49,408 nt of DNA, filler included, from Sphacelaria rigidula (GCA_964200075.2; 3 parts of 3 records of this genome joined end to end with filler, not necessarily neighbours in it), one strand, 5' to 3'. Shown: positions 1-12,732, counted from the whole stretch's first letter. Notes: generated by a model from the letters alone, not told the origin. Made by a program: numbers and translations.

Positions 1-638
1 CGATATCTGCGCGGTACATTCGTACTGGGCATCTGATGCGGACGCCTTCCGTGGTCACAGGCTGATACCACACACACAACGAAACACGAATGCATCTTGA
101 AATCGTGCGCGCCGAGGGTGATACTCGAGTACGGCAGCAACTCGACAAACGTGTGCCGTCGTTTAGTTTGTCAGTAACATGCCGCCACGCCCCGGTGGTA
201 TAATCGTACAGCTGACACCATTCGGTCGGGGAAAAAGTAGGAGAGATTCCCGCCAAACGAGCCTAGTTTTTCTTCCCCCCTGCTTCATACTGTATCTGAA
301 TCCCGTCGTTAAAAGCGTGAGGACGTGAGTAGCAAGAAGTGTTTGTTTCACGAGAGTCGACGCAATGCGGGCGTGTTGGTCGTGATTAAATCCGCAATAT
401 CAAAATGCACGGCGTGTGTCGGAGGAGAGGCGGGTTGATCCTGTGAGATCACAGGACTTGTCCCGCCGAAGGGGAGGTGTTGATAGTGTGACAAAAACAG
501 ATGAAAAAATGCACGCGGTGAATAACCCGCCTACCGAACTACGGAGCGAACGCATTGAAGAAACTAGCGAGAATCAACGAAAGATCGCTATACCCGGCGG
601 CAATACACGAATAAACACTGGGTCCTCCTACAAGTAAG

Positions 639-1962
639 TCATGTTCGCAAAAATCCCCTAAACGTCGGCCCTTCACATGGTGTGACAGCCATTATAGGTG
701 AGCAATACATGGGTAAGCCACTCCCACTGCCCACACCCAGGCCCCCCACCTCTGCAGCGCCGTCCCGAGCGCCAACGTCCATATCATCGCCACTCTCTCC
801 GCATTCTTCGGCCCCCTCCCCCAAAATATGTCCCGACGAAGCACCGGCATATGTTGAGGAGACGCTGCTGCCCCTCTTACTTCCCTCATCACGGCCGAGG
901 GCCCTGGAGCTAGAGGCCGACATCTCCCTGCCACCCACGCCGGCGCTGCTCCTCTCGCCGCTGGACCTGCTAGTCCGTTTACGGTGGTCGTGGCTACTTT
1001 GTTTCCTAGTGCAGTTACTACTGCTACTGCCGGCGCTGCCCGAAGAACCACGTTCGTCTCGAGACCGCTTGCTCCGTTCAACACCCCCAGCCCCCGCCAT
1101 GTTGCCGACACCGCCGCCGCCACTATTCCTACCGTTGACACCACGAACACTCACGCGCCGCGCCCCCAACATCACAGACGTTCCCGACAAAGAGGCGGAC
1201 ACCCCGGCGGTGGCAGAGGCGATGACCAGTGGTGAATCAGTTGGACAGGATTCGGTGTGTCCATTAATGTTGCTACCGTTGCTCGCTGAGCTGCTTTCCG
1301 ACCGGAGCCGCCACGTGCAGTCTCCACCAGTTTCGCCATTGCCGCCGCCGCCAGCATGTACCGCGACGGAGACACTTTCATGTCCTGAGCTGCGTCGGTT
1401 ATCGGTAGTGCGCCCACACCCCGGGGCGACGGCCACTCGTAGGGGCCATTCGCTCAAACTACAACTGCTGCCGCTGCTGCTACGCTTATCGCTTGCTGCG
1501 CTGCTTGGGCAGGCGTTGGTGCTCATTCGTCCGCTGTGCCCTGCACCCCTCTCTCCTGCCGCCAACGCCGCCGCACCCTCAGTCGCTGCGCCGGCGGTCG
1601 CAGTGCTGTTTTCTCTGCCAGTAGAATCACTGATTCTAGAGCGCGAGGCCCTGAGTTTGTTGGGGGTGACCACCCGCAGAGCACCGCCGCAGCGGTATGT
1701 CGACGGCCGTCGCTTCGGCTCGGGCGACAGGCAGTGCTCACCCTCAACCGGGGCGTCAGATAAAGGTGCGGTCTTGGAGTGTTGCGGCCGTGTTGGAGGG
1801 GGCATATTTGATGCGTACGACGATTTTGGGCGGTGCGTGCGAGAAGGGGACAACATGTCGTCGTCGTCGTCACCATCATCGTCATCGCTTGTTGTCATCA
1901 TACCCGCAGGCACGCGTAAATGATCAACCCGTAGGCCTGTTCCGCTGCTGCCGCTGCTGATG
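639..1962 (-). CDS. Terminal exon of an uncharacterised, low-complexity Ser/Gly/Arg-rich (likely disordered) protein
   Basis: Long ORF 639..2039(-) ending ...CEGPTFRGFLRT*. Candidate TAG acceptor at 1965-1963; its phase-2 junction is in frame with a donor at 2514. No recognisable domain. Confidence 0.65.
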
Positions 1963-2514
1963 CTATTGTAGGAGCATACCGGGGAGCAGTTTGGACATGG
2001 TGGGAGGGGCGTGAGGGGCGGGGTGCAATGGGGAGACATAGCATTACCGTGAAGTGCAGTCCGAAGACACTAGGGAAAATAAGCGTACAGTGCCCGATTG
2101 GCAACACCATAGCAAATAAGGAGAGTGGGATTTTCGTAATACACTGTAACGCTTCAAGCCCACCCTTAACATGGGCTTTGCGCCATATATGCTGTACGAG
2201 TATGTATCAGAGGATATCAAGACAACGCACTCAACTCCAAAAAAGTTGAGGACGGAACAACACATCCCCCACGAGTCCAGTGATGAATGAGAACGGTGAA
2301 CCCATCAAGTAGCTCAGATAGATATTCACTGCAATGGTTTAAGCTCATCCCCTATGTGGGGTCCACGTTGGCACAAAACACCATCAAGCGTAGCACCACA
2401 CCCCTCCATGCGCAAACATATCTCACTGCGGCAGCGGGACGAGCTGGTGCGATACCTGCTACTGCATGACGCTGTACTACTCGTTCCTGTCTGTGAAGAA
2501 CAGTCAGTAGTTAC

Positions 2515-2531
2515 CTTCGCGCGCGCTTCAT
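2515..2531 (-). CDS. Probable short upstream coding exon (MKRAR..) of the Ser/Gly-rich gene; may extend 5' to ~2670
   Basis: ATG AAG CGC GCG CGA AG|GTAACT. The phase-2 donor joins in frame to the acceptor at 1962. The frame is open upstream (RVLSFASPNRTLVNWRDSGSTKQRQLCEISNGLTKG). Confidence 0.4.
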
Positions 2532-2904
2532 GCCCTTGGTCAAACCGTTGGATATTTCACACAACTGCCTTTGCTTCGTTGAACCGCTATCGCGCCAGTT
2601 GACTAATGTCCGATTTGGTGAAGCGAAACTCAACACCCTCTGGTTCAGCACTCCCTGGCTTGCGCAGCATTCCTACCTTCGGTCCCTGCTCCCCCCGCCT
2701 CTTTCGGAAAAGCCCAACGGAAAATAAAATGACACTTGTTTAGTAAGGTTAAATTGGAATATAGTTGAGGGAGTATGCGAAGTATCTAGAAACGGGTGAT
2801 CCAAACAGCTGCTGCTGTTGTTGGCTGTTGCGACGTTGCTACAGGTAGCTTCAGCTGGCCGACTACGACATACCAGATCCGATAGGTACTTTTTTCTGTG
2901 TAAA

Positions 2905-3128
2905 ATGCAGCCTCCACTAAAGAGAAGACCTCGTCAACGCGGTGGACATGGAGGTCAAGCTGTTACGGCTACGGTTGAGGCACCCAAGCATCAGCGTGAG
3001 GTGGTGCCGTACCAACCAGGCGGCGGCGATGGTGCTTGCGGTCTAGCCAACAGCGATGGTGCTGCGGAGAAACCTGTAGCTGTGTTGTCTGGAAAGTTGT
3101 CGAGATGCATGCCGCTCTTTTCCCCATC
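2905..3128 (+). CDS. WDR75: WDR75/UTP17 (NAN1) SSU processome WD40 protein, exon 1
   Basis: ATG at 2905, MQPPLKRRPRQR...VLSGKLSRCMPLFSPS. Donor GTGAGT at 3129 (phase 2), in frame with the next exon. Confidence 0.7.
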
Positions 3129-3649
3129 GTGAGTTTTCACAGTAATGGTACAGAGAAAGATTTATGGTAACCCTTGAGCTGTTGCGCCTTGTCAAGTGCT
3201 TGGGTCGGTCCAAAACAGACGGTACTAGAGACAGTCAGCAAGTATGACGCGGGACAGTTGACTGCAAGCCTTTTGAACACACACAGCAGTAGTGTCTACG
3301 TCTACAACAGGCCTGGGTATCCATGGTGACGTCGAGATGGGGGTTTTGTGTTGCGGTCAGAGTATAGTACAGGATGTTGTGGGCTTCGATTTGACTTGTC
3401 GACAGCGCAGCTGGGCTGGTGTGTGTCACCCAGAGCTGGTGTGTATTACCCAGAAATGTCGTATTGGTTGGATTGGCTATCACAATAGTGTTGCATGATC
3501 CGCGACAATACTCATGATATAGTAGTCAGCATCAAAAGTTTTCAGAATTCGTAGTTGCTGTAGTTCTTGAGTTTTCCCGAGTATTATTCTTCATTCCTAC
3601 TTGAAAGTGCTAGCCCCGGTAGACTTAGGGGAAAGCGTAGGCCGCGCTC

Positions 3650-4270
3650 AAACTGCAGTTCCCAAGTTGATGTTTTTGGGGCGATACGGACTAGATACCC
3701 CGTTTATCAGGAGGGTGTTACTGGCCGTTTTGGGTGAAAAAAAAAACAGTTTTCCGGCTCTTCTGCAACAAAACGGTAAATATTCAGACCAATGAATACG
3801 TATGCGATTCTTCACAGTAACGATCGAGATCGTGTTTCCCTCCCATACTGCACAGACCTCAGTCAAGCATTTTCTGCGGATGGCCTCTTGTCGTTTTTTC
3901 CGCAGAAGGTTTTCCATGAGCACTCGAAAGTGATAGCGTCGATAGTTTCGGCAAAATACACAGACCGTGTTCAAATCATAATGCCCAAGTTGGTGTTGTG
4001 GCGACGATACGGAGTAGAGAACGCGTTTATCAGGAGGGTGTTATTGACAGTGAATGGTCCAAGAAACATAGTTTTCCGGCTTTAGCACAGTGAATAGGTG
4101 GAATTAACAAAAAAATAACCTTCTGGAGGCTTCACTCATATGATCGGGATCGAGTCGGTACACCGGAAATACCGAAAAGCTAGAACCTGGGGTTGCACTT
4201 TCGCAGGACTCCCGAAGATCGGTCAAGCCCGTATGTCACTCAATATTGATCGCCGATATTTCTTCTTTCA
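3650..4270. repeat. Tandem ~325-bp duplication of a dispersed repeat; third copy at ~11455-11740
   Basis: CCCAAGTTG..GATACGGA.TAG....CGTTTATCAGGAGGGTGTTA at 3661 and 3984, with a related copy at ~11476. Confidence 0.75.
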
Positions 4271-4823
4271 ACATTTATCGAAAGGATGAGAATATCTGTA
4301 GATGCCCATTTGTTGGCATCCAACAATCACTGTGATAGGCGGTGGCAAGCGAAACAAATTTGGAAAATCTTTGAGAAACTAAGAATACACGAATTCTGCG
4401 TACCTCTGACGCTGACTACTGTATCACTCCGGCTATGGGCGTTATATGGATGTATCCTTGCTACTCAAAGGAGGTATTTGCTGAAGGTAACTCGAAAAAC
4501 GGGGACCGGTAGCCAAGAGAGGAGAGAACAAAACAAACCGGAAATGAGAGGAGTAAACATAACACAGGGTGACACAAGAATATACAAGATTACCGACAGT
4601 CTGCTGGACGTGTTGTGAGACTCCGAAAAATGTAAAATGGTACGTTGCTGGAGTTCGGAATGTCGGCAACCGTCCTCGTTCCAGCTTTTTTCGCGAGTCA
4701 AGGCCTTGACATACCCACGTGCTTTTTGAAAGCAAAGATTCCTGTCCCAGACGAATGAGGACGTTTGCGGTGTCTTTTGCGTTCCCTCTCCATGTCTTTG
4801 TGTCGCGTGTTGGTGTTCGACAG

Positions 4824-4890
4824 GTCGGACATGGTGTTTTCCGCGTGCAGCTCCACAGTCCTAGCCCTCAGCGTCGACACTGGAGAGGAG
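4824..4890 (+). CDS. WDR75: WDR75/UTP17 exon 2
   Basis: CAG|G..GAG|GTATGT; encodes SDMVFSACSSTVLALSVDTGEE (WD40 strand); phases 2->0 fit both neighbours. Confidence 0.75.
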
Positions 4891-5104
4891 GTATGTGCGC
4901 CTATCTGATCGAGTGAAGTACTGCAGATGCATGCATAAGTTACGTCTACATAAGGATAACAGTACGGAGTGGCAAAGGAATACAGCAGGACGATACGGTA
5001 CAGCACAATGCAGTGGTGCGTGGTGCGTTACGGTGGTTACTTAACTGACATGCCTCATATTTTGTTTTTCCTCATCAGGACGAGTCCGCAGGGAACCAGC
5101 CCAT

Positions 5105-5633
5105 TTGATTTTGAATTATTGATCGTCGCATTTTAACTGACCCCCCAGGGATCCAGCCGTGGTCACATGATAGACGTACCCAAGAATAAACAACACTGAA
5201 AGCATCAGTTTGACCGCACTGTAGCGGAAACCCGCCACGTAATTTATTTTTTCATGCCATAATCCCTTTCCTTTCCTCTGAACGAGCTCGCAGTTTCAAG
5301 GTCAAACCTTCCCCCCCCCCCCCCCCCAGTAACTGCCTCACATTTATTCAACGCTTAGATGGCGAGAGTACGTCATTTGTTGAATCGGCATCAATTTCAC
5401 TTGAATAAAGTACGCATGAACCAGATGGACTACCCTCTCAATCTAAGGGTCAATCGAGATCTCTCTCTCACCCGTCGATTATCGTCGAGAGATTCTTTGC
5501 AGCCCACGTTCTCACGCTTCAACGATGGAAATCATATTCTGCTCAAAAACACGTCGGACTACATCCGGGTTCGAACACCTGACCTTCCGCTTTAATTGGT
5601 TATTGGTCTACTATTTCAACCATCGGGGCGCAG
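5105..5633 (-). mobile_element. tRNA-derived SINE-like element interrupted by a TTAA MITE (~5348-5453)
   Basis: Minus-strand head GCGCCCCGATGGTTGAAATAG...GTGTTCGAACCC (A/B boxes) and 3' tail GTGACCACGGCTGGAT shared with other copies. Confidence 0.6.
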
Positions 5634-6057
5634 TGGCCCCATATCACACACATTATTCACACGTGAAGATATATGCAGCCAGTGCGATAGATAGCAGTGC
5701 GCCACACCTGTTGGAGAGATGAGTCGAGGTAATATGCCGCCGATCAGAGCGAGTGGTCGATCCATATGTACAGTACTACATCCATATATCCCTGCGAACG
5801 AGAGCGGTGGGTGCGGTTGCGTCATCAGACGAATAGGTAGCTCTCCTCCAGATTTTTCCCCCACGTTTTTTTCTCACGTCTGTCGGCGATGTCCCCGATT
5901 TCATGGTCACTTTCCCCAAGAACGAAGTATATCGAATCCACAGGACGGGAGTGAGCAACGCACGAGTGCCCAACACAAGCATGTTACGGTGTAGTCCTAT
6001 TTTTACGACATGCTTCACCCTCGTCTGTCGGTGACTGTCTCCCGGCGACTGAGCCAG

Positions 6058-6237
6058 CTATTTCGGCTGGTCGGGCATAGAAAGGACGTCACGGGCATGA
6101 TCTTGTTGCCAAAGGGGACCTATGGGGCATCCGCAGGGGGGGGCAGGGGCGGGGCTGCGAATATCAGGCTGCTAACATCGAGCTTGGATAAACAACTGCG
6201 GCTCTGGGATATATCAGCAGACGTGATGTCTCTGGAG
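6058..6237 (+). CDS. WDR75: WDR75/UTP17 exon 3
   Basis: LFRLVGHRKDVTG...LLTSSLDKQLRLWDI is a canonical GH...WD repeat; CAG acceptor and GTGGGT donor. Confidence 0.85.
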
Positions 6238-7137
6238 GTGGGTGTATGCACGTTGTATCGTGCGCGTGGTGTGGCTGCCTAGAGAACGTGGTGTCGCGGT
6301 TGGTCGCACAGCATTGGTGTAGTCTGTCTTTCCCTTGCTTCTGTATGTGGAACTTGTAACACATGAAAGGCCGACGGTAGAATGCATCATTTATTTGAAT
6401 GTTTTTGAAATTGCACCGCACACTCACCTCTAATACCACCGTGCTTTATTTTTGTAGTGTAAAAGGAACGGGGCACGTTGATATAGCCAGATGTTGATGG
6501 CAAGGAGGTAGGCCAGCGTTGCCCCGCTTCTTAGCCTGACTCTATCCATCTCCCAAATATTCATGAGCAGCCAAATATCAGCTAGCTGTACGCTGTACGT
6601 GTATATAGACAAGCTGAAGTGTCCTCGCAAGAAGTTTCTCGTCCCCCCTCTGGGCGGTTCGCCGCGCGAGTCACGCCCCGGTGCCTTTGTCTTGATTTAT
6701 TTTTGGACGTTTTATTTTTCTTACCGAGCAGGGCGAGCTGGAACGATGTCTTCGCGTATTCCCAGTGGGGATGGCGATACATCACCTCTACCTCGGACGG
6801 ACGGACAACAGTGGAGCGTGAGTTTTACCGTATGCAGCTATTTCAGGGGCTTTGGGGTAAAAGTGCAACGAGTTTTTTTAGGGGGGTTGTTATCTTGATC
6901 TTAAGTGCTGGATTTGTCTGTACACGTCTGTGCGTTGGATCCTGGGGTGAACGTACGGTTTTTCGTTTTCCCGTCCATGAACGCTCACTGTATCTCGCCT
7001 TGAAATCGTACGTTACCGATGTTTTCTTGTTGACGTGTTGTCATATGATCAGCTTAGGTACGGAGTGTCACGCGCATGTTGGTGCTGGGACTCATCAAAG
7101 TCCGGGCACCCTCCCGGTCACTCTGCTCACTTTTCAG

Positions 7138-7196
7138 TGGACGCACTTTGCTGGCTGGGAACCGCGGAGTGTTGCTCTCGTTCTGCTCTGTTTGCC
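7138..7196 (+). CDS. WDR75: WDR75/UTP17 putative exon 4
   Basis: A phase 0->2 exon is needed between 6237 and 7411. TTTTCAG|TGG...CC|GTACGC provides one (WTHFAGWEPRSVALVLLCLP). No motif support. Confidence 0.4.
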
Positions 7197-7410
7197 GTAC
7201 GCGCCATGCACATCAACGCTGGTTATATGCTCACCAATGCTGGTCATGCTTACCGCATGCCCGGCACGTTATAAAATGTAGTGGAGTATGTCGTAGCGTT
7301 GCTCCTGGGCTATTTTGATATCTATTGTGTGCTCAGAGTCGCTGACGAAACGTTCTTCCCGGCTTCCCTCGGTCCCCCACTTTTATCCCACCTCCACGTC
7401 CGCCACCCAG

Positions 7411-7822
7411 TGCCCTTGACGTGATCGTTGTGACAAGAGGAGGGGAAAAAAAACAAAAAAAAACTGATTCATCACGCAGTCAAGATAAAAGTGATGGATC
7501 AGGCCATGTCAAAGCCTCCAGCAGTCAAGCACCATCCAAGGAGATCAAAAACAAAACCCTGGACGACGATGACGCTATGAACGACAGCAATAGCGAGGGC
7601 AGCAGCGATCAAGGAGACCTGACCGACCAAGAAGAAGAGAGTGACGGGGAAGATACGGCTAGCGACAGTGACGGAAGACGTGATGATCCCGTGGGAGAAC
7701 GTGTTGCGAAGAAGCCGGTGACGGGTGATGAGGGTCGCGATAGGGACTCGCTACGGACGGTGCTCGTTAAGAGTGGAAGACATAGTTCGGGTAGTCAGCG
7801 ACGAGGTTCGTCTACTTGGCAG
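7411..7822 (+). CDS. WDR75: WDR75/UTP17 exon 5 (long acidic/basic low-complexity insertion)
   Basis: Pyrimidine tract + CAG at 7408-7410, open frame ALDVIVVTRGGEKK...STWQ, donor at 7823. Confidence 0.7.
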
Positions 7823-8419
7823 GTGTGGAAAAGTACTGGTCAGACGGGTCAATTGGTTATCGTCCCATCTAGGTTGCGGGCGCTGAGGAGATGCCCTCGT
7901 CTTGTAGGACGGTGGCCAGGAATAGATACACCTTGCGATGTTGTTTCCCGCTTCCGCTTTTTGTGCATTAGTCTTTCGAGTGCTTGGAAACTGGGAGTAG
8001 TATGAAACATCAGGGAGCTGACAAAGCTTCTCAAGGTGATTTAGTTGGCAGATGCCCAAAGTTGCTGATGGGGGTAAAGGGACTGGCAATGCCTAAGCTT
8101 ATGCGTGTGTCGTATCTCGCTTTCAGATATGTTGCTCTACTGGCGAAATAAATCTTGATCGAGTCAAGATATGTTGACGCTATTTTCAGTCCGTTTCAAC
8201 TCCGAGAGTGTTTAGCGCGAGAAGCTTGTAGACGTTCCCTTTTTACTTGCCGTCCCTTTGCGTTTGACTCGTGGGAGGCGCCTTCCACCGCCGAAAACCA
8301 CCCACGGAGTCTGGACAGAGAAGTATCACCTACTTCCCGGGTACCCTCCACCGTAAAAAATATATATACACAGCTCTACAACCCTAATCGCCACCGGACA
8401 CTAGTGTTGAGACCGCCTC

Positions 8420-8528
8420 TTAACCCTTAGACCGCGGTGCGGGTAGTCCATCTGGATCGCGCATACTTTTTTCAAGTGAACATTGATGCCGATTCAGCCG
8501 ATGACGTACCCTCGCCGTCAAAGGGGTA
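8420..8528. mobile_element. ~100-bp piggyBac-like (TTAA) MITE
   Basis: TTAA|CCCTTAGACCGCG...CGTCAAAGGGG; same internal sequence as the copies at 5348, 20742, 21205 and 26920-27443. Confidence 0.75.
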
Positions 8529-9310
8529 GGCCTGGACGTATTTCCGCGCACGTACTGCTTTTTTTTTTCCGTGTCTTGCTTGTTTTGGTCTTCCTCTACT
8601 CGAGTCTTGTTTAGCTAGCGCCATATTCAATTTCGAGTATATTTTTTTGTGTATAGCTACGGCTGACCTCGCAGCTGATCAGTTGACCCTGTGAAACGTC
8701 CAGATGTGTAAACGATACACATATTTTTTCTCACGATTTGTTGTCGGCGAACAGTCCCGCAGGTTTTGAAAAATGTTTTCTGTGGGCGTACAGATCGACG
8801 CGAGAGGGAAATTAACGATTGGCAGGAGTGCTGGAAAATAAAAGAGAGATTTAGTCAGTATGCTCACAGTAGCTTCTTTGATCTCCATTGTGGGAGGAGC
8901 GTGCACTGTTTTGTTTGTCCAAGCATTAGTCATTTTGCTGTATTGGATGTGCACTGACATACTCATACGTGCATGGCTACATGTACAGCTTGTGCGATCG
9001 CCGCTGCTGTTTTGCTGTACTGAGGCGGTCACCTGCCGCTGCTCGCGGCTTATGCCCAATCAACCATGACTCATGGCATGTGCGTGGCTGTAGACTTTTT
9101 CTGTGCAGACGGTACCCCTCATCGAGAAGTACACCGACCCCCCCTCCGCCCGAAATAGCCTGTCCGTTTAGCGTCCATGTAAGGGTCTGGACGTTCAAAG
9201 AGTCAGTTGTAAGACACATATGTTCAAATAACCAATCAATCACGCTACATCATAAGCCCTGCGACTCTGGAACCTTCGCGCACTGTTGCATCGTCGCCAT
9301 TATCCAAAAG

Positions 9311-9613
9311 GTAGTGCGCTACGGACTAGCCAAGGCAGAAGCAGAGACTGTCTTGGCGATCAGATCAGGCGGACCAGAGTGGGTGGGCGCCGTCGCTGCC
9401 CGATCTCCTATTCGCCAAGAGGACAACGGTAACCCGGACGGCAAACGCAAAAAAGGGGGTGAGGAAGGAGCAGGCGTTGCAAGCGCGCCGGTGGTGCTAA
9501 TGGCCAAGAGGAGAGTTGTGATGGCCGTCGATGTGGGCAGCGGCGATAGCGTGTTGTTGCTGCGTGCTAAGGGCCCGGTGACGAGTGTGGTCGTTGCAGA
9601 GGATGGCCAGCAG
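9311..9613 (+). CDS. WDR75: WDR75/UTP17 exon 6
   Basis: AAG|GTAGTG..CAG|GTGGGG; VVRYGLAK...KGPVTSVVVAEDGQQ (WD40-like strand); phase 0->0. Confidence 0.75.
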
Positions 9614-10607
9614 GTGGGGAGACGCAAATAGGACAGGGGAGGGCGATGGTTGCAGCAATCATGTATACAGAATAGTAGGTTCTCGGACAATCCGTACTAC
9701 TGCGGCCTCCTGAAGCTCCCCATCTACTACGCTAAGGTCATTTGGACCCGGGTTCTTGTCACGACTCCAGTACCTACTTACGAGTACTCATGTACCCCCC
9801 CTGTAAGTACAAGCAGAGCACCGAATCTTTTTCATGCGCCAGATCAAGCTGTATTTTGGGAGTAAGAAAGTCGAGGTTATTTTGTTGCCCGTATTTTTAA
9901 TAGCCTCAATCGCAACACGCTTTTGGCGTTCTGACGGTGAAATGTTCCCGCGGGGGGTGGTCTCGTTGGATATCTATGCTTTTCTCGGGACTTTTTCGAC
10001 TGTGATCTTGAGCGTTTTGAGCACCCGTAGATGCGACGGACATCAGAGTGTACCAGTCATGCTCCAAGCGAACATGAGGCCGTCTTAGATAGACCCAACT
10101 CAGCGATCTCAACAGGTTAAACCCCTGTTGGTGCCAGACCTCCTTTCGGGACACTATTAGCGACGGACCGTTCACCGCCGGTGAACCCGACTCTTCAAGT
10201 AGCTAAGTAGCTCGTCTATGATTGCGGCACGACCCCTGATGACAGCATCATACCTTGTATTTCCAGGGTCCCCGGTGCGTGACTTACGTGATGTTGTTGT
10301 TGATGAAGTCTTCAACGAATCACGCAAGAAGAAAGAGGAGAGGGGGAAAAAAAGCCTTGGGTGGGAGCAAAAAGATACAGGAGTAGGTTTCCTCAAAGTG
10401 TGGTGCCCAGCATAGTGCCTTTACAATCGCCTATTTCAGGCGCGATCTATGTCAATAGCTCTACTCCTCAGACCGTACCTCAGAAAGACCGAGCAGCTTA
10501 TAGGATTTGAAGGCCCGCCTGTTGGCTTGCATTTTGTAATCAAGTCAACCTAGAATTCACCGGGGATGAAATTGTATGCGAGAAGAATGTAATGAGATAC
10601 ACCAACC

Positions 10608-11130
10608 GCCACCCCTCGGTGGTTCAAATTAAAAATGGTACAATAATCACCAGCTAGGGCGGAAGACTGCGGGTTCGAATCTAGACAGAGATAACATCTC
10701 TTTTAGCAGGATCTGGTTTCCGTCCTTGGCAACGTGATAAGGCGAGTAGCAGAAGTGCTAGTCCAATCCTCGACAGCATGATAGTAGGCAGGTACCGGGA
10801 GAGCGGCGGGTCCATGCCCCGGGATGACGGACTCTTCCTGACAAAAAGGAGGGGCTGAAATGCAGACGTGGCGTTTTTTGTTGTGTTTTTTCAGCGTCCG
10901 TGTCCTATATTGCCGGTACGCATGGGGTCAGTGCCCAGCACGTAAACACCCTTACCCGACCACGTGGCGTTCAAACATCCTCTGTGCATGGGTGTAGCGT
11001 CTATTGGACCCTCAAGGGGTTGTAATTATTTGATGCTGCTAGTTTCGCTCGGCGAGCGTTTCCGTCTATTTTTACCTTGGATATATCAATCTTGCCTCGT
11101 GACCACTGCTGGATTCTGTAATTTTTCCAT
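10608..11130 (+). mobile_element. tRNA-derived SINE-like element
   Basis: Head GCCACCCCTCGGTGGTTCAAAT...GGGTTCGAATC (B box 10671-10681); tail GTGACCACTGCTGGAT at 11099-11114. Confidence 0.6.
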
Positions 11131-12732
11131 TTTTTAATTCATTTATTTGTCGCACTTTGAATCCCCCCCTTCCCCGGGACGAATCCGTCGTCTCAAGGGA
11201 TCAACCCATCTCTCCCCGGTTCATGTAGCTGATTAGTTCGTGTGCTACAAGCGATCGAATCCAATCCTTGATCAGGCATAGCGCAAAGTCTTCCTACAGT
11301 GCGGTTATCATCACCATGCTGGACTCTCGACCTACCGCGCCATGCACAGTAGTCAGTTTGAGTATGGTATTCACTTCATCTGGACCTTTTCCACAGACGT
11401 TTTGTCACCTTCATTCGAGAGTTTGAGAGTCGGTAGGTATTGAAAAGAGAAACAGGTCGTGCTCGGGATACATTTCCCAATTTTGTGTTGTCGGAACGAT
11501 ACGGAGTAAAAAAACCGTTTATCGAGGGGGTGTTATTGATCGCATTTGATCCAAAGGCACATTTTTTTGGCTGTAGCGCAATGAATATTTAGGAAATAGA
11601 AAAGCAGAAGCCGTTAAAATAATTCAGGGTCGGTTCGGTCAGGCGACAATATCGAAGAGTGAGAACCGGGGGATATACACTCGTAGGACCCCAAAGACTG
11701 GTGAGCCCGTATCTCGTTCAAAATTGATCATGGGAGATAATTTTGGCTCAAAACTAAAATGAAAAAAAGGCATGCAAAGCACACGAACAGGATGAGGACT
11801 CTGTTACCGTTAGCATCGACTTGAGGCTTCAGAGACGCCGTAACCTCGGGAGCAAAGAAATCGCAGTTGGGGTCAATCACGCCACTATACAAAACTCATG
11901 TTTCTCGTTTCTCAAAGTTTGCGATCAAATAAAAGCCGTGATGATGATGAGTCGTGGTACCTTAAAAAACTGAAAATAAGTGGGTTTGAATCGAAAATGA
12001 TAAAGTCAAGATGACTCTTGTCACAAGACACTGGTTAATTATGTCGCATCTTTCTTTTCCTCGTATCTGCGCTACTCATGTGGAGTGTGTGAAGTGTACA
12101 TTTACGTGAAGATGTTGAGCGACGGACAGCTTTGGAAATACTCTTTCAAAATGACGTCATTCCAGCCTCGCCGAATTCAATTATTTGCTTCGGACGTCGG
12201 ACGTCGGTGATATTGTTTCGCGGCGCTTTAGATTCTGCAGTTTTGTTCCTCTTGTTCAACTGTTGGCTTTTGTGCAGGCTTGAAAATACTGTTCCGAAAA
12301 GGCTCCATACCCCGCCTCGCCGAATTATTCAATAAATCGCTTTGGACGTACGTGCTACTATTCGCGACGCTGTACCTTTTTATGTTTTTTTATTCCTTTT
12401 CCCCCTCTCGGTTGCATGTTTGCAATGTCTCTATGGCCATAGTCGTCACGGACCAATTCATGTACGACAACCAATCATCCAAGGTTGTGTTATGTTGGGC
12501 ACTATATTTTGTATACCTGGGGTATTTACCAGGGTGCAATACCCGTACCCGACATGTCTGTGAGTTCGGTGCGCCTCTCATACCAGTTACTGACAGTTCT
12601 GAAGTTCTATTATCATGGATTTCTCATGTATCGAATATGCCCGTGCCCTACAGAACACAACCATGCAGTCATCCGTCAACGCAACGCGTCGTAACGTAAC
12701 GCGACGCCGTACAACACACTGGAACACAACAG

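Noticed and set aside
682..1923. 413-aa plus-strand Pro/Leu-rich ORF
   Set aside because: Antisense shadow of the GC-rich minus-strand ORF; its poly-Leu/Pro tracts are reverse complements of Ser/Gly codons.
10218..10415. Charged ORF as an additional WDR75 exon
   Set aside because: Exons 9311-9613 and 12733-12899 already join in phase to give a continuous WD repeat (EDGQQ|VVTGHPDGR).
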